The position numbers were made by a program, and so were the translations under genes. Positions 58,714 through 64,000 of a stretch of DNA of 64,000 bases are shown here, in pieces (position 1 is the stretch's first letter; each line of letters starts with the position of its first letter). The notes under the pieces were generated by a model. The model was given only the letters and a program-made list of their open reading frames with translations. It was not told the DNA's origin and did no database searches. Origin of the DNA: a virus (taxonomy: Duplodnaviria > Heunggongvirae > Uroviricota > Caudoviricetes); the IMG/VR virus record IMGVR_UViG_3300047159_000049; one strand, written 5' to 3'.

Positions 58714-61245
58714 TCACTTCGAATGTGAATATTTTTGTTTTTCCGGAATCCTTGAGAACAGATTATCCATAGTGAAGTACACGACAGGCATCGCCAGAAC
58801 GCTGATCAAAATCATCAGCCAATCCCCGCTGGATAATGCGCTAAGCGTTCCTCCGAGATCGAATATCTTTGAGAACGCGTCATAGTACGCGCCATCTATT
58901 TTTATAACCCATAAATGCATTACGCCATCGGATGCGATTTTGAAAAGGCTGGTAGAGCATCCGCCAAACGCGCTGAGAGGAAGGAACATCGAGTATATCA
59001 CGGCCCCAGCCATGTTGCCGATGAACACTCCGGACCTATATCCGTTCATAGGAACGCTTATGCGGAACAGAACCATGAACGACGCTATCGAATAAAGCAT
59101 GCAGATCAGAGTTTTGTCTTTCATCGTCGGAGCGACTATGCTCCATGTCTGCCCGCCCGAAAGCCATATCTTTCCAACAAGAACCGACCCGGCAAGCAGC
59201 AACGCGGCCGGTATCGCTCGCACCATGATATTGCGTTTGAATGATCCTGAAAGCCTTTCCTGGCAAGGCTCGACCGACAGGAAGAACGAGGCGATCCCGA
59301 TGACGAATGTCTCCATCAAGGCAAGATTTTCCATCTCGAGAGGGAAATAATAAAATAATCCGCACAGCGTCATTATCCCAAGAAGCATCATCGAGAAAGT
59401 CTTCATCAGGAACAAAGTTGAAGTCCTGGTTATGTTGTTGACGACTCTGCGCCCTTCGCCTATAGCAGCCGGAAGATCATCGAAATTAGAATCGATGAGA
59501 ACGATGTTGGAAACCGCTTTGGCGGCATCCGCCCCTCCGGCCATGGCGACCGAGCAATCCGCTGTCTTCAGAGATATGACGTCATTGACCCCGTCTCCGG
59601 CATACGCCACTTTATGGCCTTGCTTCTGAAGAGCCTTGATGATCTTAGCCTTCTGCTCCGGGCTAACGCGCCCAAACACATTGAAATCCGCCGCCATCTG
59701 AGGGATATCCTCATCTCGGATCCCCTCCATAGAAACCGCCTTGTCCCAATCTGGGACTCCGGCTTCTTTGGCGATCTGCGACACGGTTGATGGATTGTCG
59801 CCAGAGATGATCTTGACGCTGACGGAATTGTCTTTGAACCATTTCATCGTGCTGATGACCGCTGGCCTGACGCCATCCCTAAGCACTATGAGAGCCAGCG
59901 GATCGATGTCAGCCGATCTGTCCTCTCCTTGCGGCTGCAGGCTTCCATGGCGCCTTGCGAACAAGACGACCCGAAGCCCTCTGGAAGCCAGCTTCGCGTA
60001 TTCTGAAAGTATGATAGAATCCCCGGTGATATATTCCGGCGCTCCCAAAACGTAAATGAATCCGTCAGGCATCCCGGCAGAAGACGTCTTCCTGTCGCTG
60101 GAGAACTCAAGCACTTCCTGAGCCGTCATCGACCCTACGGATCCGAACTGAGCTATCAGAGCGGCTGACGTCGCGTTGCTCGTCTTGAATGAGCCGATGA
60201 AAGATGACAGAAGATCGACGAGCTGATTGTCTTTGACCTTTCGGCTGAGGCTGATTATGGAATCAACCTTCATATGCCCGTCCGTAAGGGTTCCCGTCTT
60301 GTCGAACGCGACGGTGTCTACCCTGGCCAGCATCTCGATGGAATACATGTCCTGAACGAGCGCTTTCTTCGACGCTAATTTGATTATTCCGACGGCAAGC
60401 GCTATGGACGTAAGGAGAATCATCCCTGAAGGAATCATGCCGACCATCATGGTCCCTGTCGGGATTATGACGTCGGACTCAAACGAAGTCGTGTACGCCG
60501 CCGGCATCCCGTTGGTAAGCCAAAGCTTAAGCCCCAGGGCGAATCCGAGCGGGACGATGATGCACGCCAGAACCTTGAGCAGCCACATGATCGTGGTCAT
60601 CAGCTCAGACTTGGCTCTCTTGAATTCCTTGGCTTTGTTTTGGATGCCGGACGCGTAAGTCGATTGCCCCACGGCCGTAGCCACGATGGAGCATGACCCC
60701 GAAATGATGAACGACCCGGCAAGAACCTTAGCCCCGGATTCCTTCTTTATGGCGTCGGCCTCTCCGGTGAGAAGCGACTCATTGGCTTCGGCGCTTCCGT
60801 CGATGACGTCTCCGTCGACAGGGATCTGATCGCCAGATCTCAGAATGACGACGTCTCCCAAAACGATGTCGTCGGAATTTATTTTTATTTCCTTCCCGTC
60901 TCTGCGAACAGATGCCTTAGATGAGCACACTATCGACAGCTTCTCTACGGCTTTCTTTGACCTGATTTCCTGGATGATTCCGATTGCCGTATTGAGGACA
61001 AGATTGATGCAGAATCCGTATTTCGACCAGTCATCCACCCCGAACACGAGGAAGCATATGGCTATGCCGGCAAGCAACGCGTTGAAGAATGTGAACACGC
61101 TGTCCCTGATGATATCCCAATAGGACTTCGAGCATTTCTTGTTGGTGACGTTTGCCAATCCATCTGACTTAAGCTGAGCGGCTTTCTCAGACGTAAGCCC
61201 CTGCGAACGGCTGTCGACGATCTTTGCATTTTGGTGTGTTTTCAT
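58714..61245 (-). CDS. P-type cation-transporting ATPase (P2-like)
   Basis: DKTGTLT, TGEADAI, GDGVNDV motifs. N-terminal GLTSEKAAQLKSDG. Multiple TM segments. Confidence 0.85.
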   Translation of the reverse strand: MKTHQNAKIVDSRSQGLTSEKAAQLKSDGLANVTNKKCSKSYWDIIRDSVFTFFNALLAGIAICFLVFGVDDWSKYGFCINLVLNTAIGIIQEIRSKKAVEKLSIVCSSKASVRRDGKEIKINSDDIVLGDVVILRSGDQIPVDGDVIDGSAEANESLLTGEADAIKKESGAKVLAGSFIISGSCSIVATAVGQSTYASGIQNKAKEFKRAKSELMTTIMWLLKVLACIIVPLGFALGLKLWLTNGMPAAYTTSFESDVIIPTGTMMVGMIPSGMILLTSIALAVGIIKLASKKALVQDMYSIEMLARVDTVAFDKTGTLTDGHMKVDSIISLSRKVKDNQLVDLLSSFIGSFKTSNATSAALIAQFGSVGSMTAQEVLEFSSDRKTSSAGMPDGFIYVLGAPEYITGDSIILSEYAKLASRGLRVVLFARRHGSLQPQGEDRSADIDPLALIVLRDGVRPAVISTMKWFKDNSVSVKIISGDNPSTVSQIAKEAGVPDWDKAVSMEGIRDEDIPQMAADFNVFGRVSPEQKAKIIKALQKQGHKVAYAGDGVNDVISLKTADCSVAMAGGADAAKAVSNIVLIDSNFDDLPAAIGEGRRVVNNITRTSTLFLMKTFSMMLLGIMTLCGLFYYFPLEMENLALMETFVIGIASFFLSVEPCQERLSGSFKRNIMVRAIPAALLLAGSVLVGKIWLSGGQTWSIVAPTMKDKTLICMLYSIASFMVLFRISVPMNGYRSGVFIGNMAGAVIYSMFLPLSAFGGCSTSLFKIASDGVMHLWVIKIDGAYYDAFSKIFDLGGTLSALSSGDWLMILISVLAMPVVYFTMDNLFSRIPEKQKYSHSK
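59342..59361 (+). repeat. AT-motif copy GGGAAATAATAAAATAATCC
   Basis: Intragenic in the P-type ATPase (encodes GLFYYFPL). Confidence 0.6.
60875..60892 (-). repeat. AT-motif copy GGAATTTATTTTTATTTCC
   Basis: Intragenic in the P-type ATPase (encodes KEIKINS). Confidence 0.6.
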
Positions 61246-61342
61246 GATAATTGGTTGTTACTTGCTTGCAAATTCACTTGGGGAAAACGCTGATTAGCAG
61301 ATTGGCAGATATATCATTTCTCTGAGAAAGAAGGATTAGCAT

Positions 61343-61882
61343 ATGCTGATTCACTGTATCAAAGCATCACGAAATCGCATCGTCGGATTCTGCGGAGACG
61401 ACGAATACGATTATTATGTCGTCTACAAAACGGCATCCACCGCAAAGAACGAATTCGTTGACACCGAAGACACCATACATGAGCTGGTCGGAAGATTCCC
61501 AACGGCCTCAGGAGAAAGCTTCATCGAGGCCATATTCCCGGAGCTCGCAGGGCATCCTCGCCTTGCCAAGCGGCACTACTTCGACCAAGCGGTCATCGAG
61601 CTTGCCAAAGCGGCTATCTTAGTCAATGGCAGCAAGATCGACGGCGAGGTTAGGCTCCCAAGCAATCCGTTCGTTCGCAAAGGAGGCCCATTCGACAGAC
61701 GCCTTGACTTCAAGACGCTGAAGGATACCGCAATCCTCTATCACAGAGACCGCGCCCATGGCTGGATAGTCGATAAGGTATTCGACTGCCAGACTAAGTA
61801 TCAGGCCGTTGTTCTTGAGGCTTTCAAAAACGGAGCCAATGACTCCGAGCTTGAGGATCTCGCTAAAGAAAAGACCGAGTGA
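61343..61882 (+). CDS. hypothetical protein
   Basis: ORF with an ATG start. Confidence 0.45.
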   Translation: MLIHCIKASRNRIVGFCGDDEYDYYVVYKTASTAKNEFVDTEDTIHELVGRFPTASGESFIEAIFPELAGHPRLAKRHYFDQAVIELAKAAILVNGSKIDGEVRLPSNPFVRKGGPFDRRLDFKTLKDTAILYHRDRAHGWIVDKVFDCQTKYQAVVLEAFKNGANDSELEDLAKEKTE

Positions 61883-61894
61883 CGACCACCCGAT

Positions 61895-61909
61895 CTTTTT
61901 TTTATTTCC
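61895..61909 (-). repeat. AT-motif variant (T-run plus ATTTCC)
   Basis: Between convergent genes. Confidence 0.4.
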
Positions 61910-62246
61910 ACCGGCGAATACGGCTTCCTTTAGAATTGATCGTCTTAGGATGCGCAAGCGCTTCTTTCTTGTGATTCTTAAGCCATTCGTCAACGGTATA
62001 TTCGAGCTCTTCTTCCCAGCAAGGATTGAACGATCCTCCGGAATAATCGCTGCCTTTGAAATACCAATATTCCTGCTGGCCATTATCGTCGCAGAACACG
62101 TCTATGTTGTACCCGCGGTATTTGACGCGCTTTTCAAAAACCGTTTCGCGCTCTTCCTTGGTAGCATGGCGATGCCCCTCTGAGAAAGCGTCGTATCCGC
62201 ATTTAGCCTCGTTGCCATTTTTGTCAATAATCATAGCAAATCCCAC
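61902..62246 (-). CDS. hypothetical protein
   Basis: ORF of 114 aa. Confidence 0.4.
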   Translation of the reverse strand: MGFAMIIDKNGNEAKCGYDAFSEGHRHATKEERETVFEKRVKYRGYNIDVFCDDNGQQEYWYFKGSDYSGGSFNPCWEEELEYTVDEWLKNHKKEALAHPKTINSKGSRIRRWK

Positions 62247-62259
62247 TTAGATTATATTA

Positions 62260-62943
62260 TTATTTTCCTGTTCTTGCAATCTTCGAATTGCTCGGAAGCG
62301 GCTTAAGAGAAGCCGACTTCAGTATTTTCTGAAGCTTATCCCTTTCAATAACCTTAATTCCATATTGCTCGGCAAGCTCTCTGGAAGGCTTCATCAAATA
62401 CCCATTGGTTATGATCATCAGATCTGAATGCCTATGGAATCTCTTTGATATGGCGAATTGCTTTATCAGATCAGGGCTGATTCTCCCTATAGCCAATTCG
62501 CAGCGCACCCTTGTTCTCCTGATGCCGCGCTTCTTGACTATTATGGAAGCGCCTTCCATTGAGTCAGGGCTCCCAAGCTTAACTCTGTATCCGCACTTGA
62601 GGAACATCATCGTGCACACTATTGAGAACTGCTCGGGGCTGACATCGTCTATCTCGGTAGCCTTCGAACTGGCCACTCCGTATACCTCGGACATGAATCT
62701 GTTCTTTATCTTGTCCTCGGCGCGCCTGTTTATGATCATCATGACGATCATGCCTGACGCTATAAGGAACAGCACGACGGCCCCGGCTATCAGCAGCGGC
62801 TGCTCAGAATGCGAAGCGATCGCTATGAAAAACAAGAACGTCGCAACGATGAATATTACGAATGCGGCAACGCCGATTATGACGTTCGCCTGCCGCTTCA
62901 ATTCGTTGGCTGATTTCTCACGCAATATCTTTAGATCTGACAT
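62260..62943 (-). CDS. membrane-anchored Mrr-like restriction endonuclease-domain protein (start uncertain)
   Basis: Two TM helices. The C-terminal GSPDSMEGASIIVKKRG...VRCELAIG resembles Mrr_cat. Confidence 0.4.
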   Translation of the reverse strand: MSDLKILREKSANELKRQANVIIGVAAFVIFIVATFLFFIAIASHSEQPLLIAGAVVLFLIASGMIVMMIINRRAEDKIKNRFMSEVYGVASSKATEIDDVSPEQFSIVCTMMFLKCGYRVKLGSPDSMEGASIIVKKRGIRRTRVRCELAIGRISPDLIKQFAISKRFHRHSDLMIITNGYLMKPSRELAEQYGIKVIERDKLQKILKSASLKPLPSNSKIARTGK

Positions 62944-62983
62944 AATTGATTGTTGAGGATCCCGTATTTTAGCCAGGATCAAG

Positions 62984-63011
62984 GATATATGATTCTTATG
63001 AAACAAAGGAG
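62984..63011 (+). promoter_or_regulatory. GATATATGAT-family element copy 6
   Basis: GATATATGATTCTTATGAAACAAAGGAGG, directly upstream of the 63022 start. Confidence 0.45.
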
Positions 63012-63021
63012 GCATATGCAT

Positions 63022-63600
63022 ATGCTTGTTTCAAAAAATGTCGCAGCGATCAGAGAATTGGTCGCACATCACCAAGCCGATAAAATCGGCTACATCGTGG
63101 ACAGATTCCACAATGAGTTGTCTTTGATCAGAGACAACGAAAATTTTGATCTGTACGTCGTTTATGAGCCGCACAACTTTGTCCCTAATCAGGACAGAGC
63201 TTTCGTTGTCATCTCGACAATGAAAGCAGCCAAAGAATTCATGGCCGCCATGATTGTCAGAGATGTCATCTCCTACAAAGATTTCTGCGATGCGAAATTT
63301 TCGTACATCGCAAAAACAAAAAAATCTTCGCCGGATGATTCGGCGAAGGTTTTAGCAAACGCGACGAACAGCGCTTACGAAAAGCTTATCGCGGCGATTT
63401 CGGCTCCGTCTAAGGCCGCGATGGAATCGGCGACGATCATCGTCTCTGGGGTTTCCCCTGAGGAGCCGTCAGCCATTCCGCAGCCTGAGCCGAAGCCTAA
63501 GCAGCAAACCGCTTCTCATCGCGACATCGGGTACCAGCCAACGGCTGCCGATATCGCAGCCAAGTTCGCGGTTGGCCGCAACGCTGCCTTAAAGAAGTAG
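63022..63600 (+). CDS. hypothetical protein
   Basis: ATG after an AAGGAGG RBS. Confidence 0.45.
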   Translation: MLVSKNVAAIRELVAHHQADKIGYIVDRFHNELSLIRDNENFDLYVVYEPHNFVPNQDRAFVVISTMKAAKEFMAAMIVRDVISYKDFCDAKFSYIAKTKKSSPDDSAKVLANATNSAYEKLIAAISAPSKAAMESATIIVSGVSPEEPSAIPQPEPKPKQQTASHRDIGYQPTAADIAAKFAVGRNAALKK

Positions 63601-63608
63601 CAAAAGAA

Positions 63609-63646
63609 AGGCCTGACAACAAGTCAGGTCTTTTTTTTTATTTTTT
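63609..63646 (+). terminator. intrinsic terminator
   Basis: AGGCCTGAC-AACAAG-TCAGGTCT plus T9ATTTTTT. Confidence 0.6.
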
Positions 63647-63841
63647 ACGAAGATCGTCTCGGATCGTCTTAATCGCGGATATCACGAACCAGATTCCGCA
63701 TAGCACGAGCAGAATGCACGCTACCAGCATGTATGTGTCGTGCCAGTAAAGAACGTTGTATGGTATCAGCACGGCCGAGGCTACGCCGATCAGCCCATAC
63801 ACGAAGTCGCATAAGACCCAGACGATGTCCATTCCCGGCAT
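63638..63841 (-). CDS. small membrane protein
   Basis: Two hydrophobic helices. Confidence 0.4.
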   Translation of the reverse strand: MPGMDIVWVLCDFVYGLIGVASAVLIPYNVLYWHDTYMLVACILLVLCGIWFVISAIKTIRDDLRKK

Positions 63842-63842
63842 A

Positions 63843-64000
63843 TCAGAATCCTAATGCCGACGGAGTCGCCGGAGCTTGAGGCTGAGATTTGGCGTCGTCT
63901 TGGCTCTGAATCTGCGTAGGCTCGGCAGCCGGGGCTTGGGTCGAAATGGTCTTGAGGCTGTCTTTGATCTCTCGATCCTGGGTCTCGATTTCTCTTCCGG
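63843..64000 (-). CDS. 3' end of a gene continuing beyond the window
   Basis: Open frame to the window edge, stop at 63843-63845. Confidence 0.3.
   Translation of the reverse strand, partial: GREIETQDREIKDSLKTISTQAPAAEPTQIQSQDDAKSQPQAPATPSALGF

Noticed and set aside
1-64000. CRISPR array or integrase/att sites
   Set aside because: No regularly spaced direct repeats with unique spacers. No tyrosine or serine recombinase motifs seen.

Overview
This 64-kb window looks like part of a large lytic dsDNA phage genome (about 50% GC). The genes use Shine-Dalgarno sites of the AAAGGAGG type. Coding is dense and mostly on the + strand, with a − strand block at 49.2-63.0 kb. I can support these features: a 5'-truncated Rad50/SbcC-like ATPase, an HD-domain hydrolase, and a family-B DNA polymerase that appears truncated or split after motif A. 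There is also a type-IA topoisomerase, RNase HI, a FEN/T4-RNaseH-like 5'-3' exonuclease, and a RecJ-like DHH exonuclease with an apparent frameshift. Other calls are a metallophosphoesterase, a MoxR-like AAA+ ATPase with two vWA proteins, and a ClpA-like double AAA+ unfoldase adjacent to ClpP. Further calls are an SPFH protein, a lipoprotein, a 1445-aa divergent RNA polymerase beta-like protein, a P-type cation ATPase, and Mrr/DUF559-type nuclease-like proteins. An anaerobic ribonucleotide reductase NrdD carries four inteins and a C-terminal glutaredoxin-like fusion. Overlaid on the genes are several dispersed DNA motifs. The most striking is a roughly 20-bp AT-rich quasi-palindrome, GGGAAATAAAAAAATAATCCC, present about 33 times in both orientations, inside and between genes. 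The window also holds a GATATATGAT promoter-like family, a repeated intercistronic element, an iteron-like intergenic region, and a 1.2-kb ORF-poor structured region. I found no tRNA, rRNA or CRISPR array. Functional calls rest on motifs read by eye and should be confirmed by HMM or BLAST.
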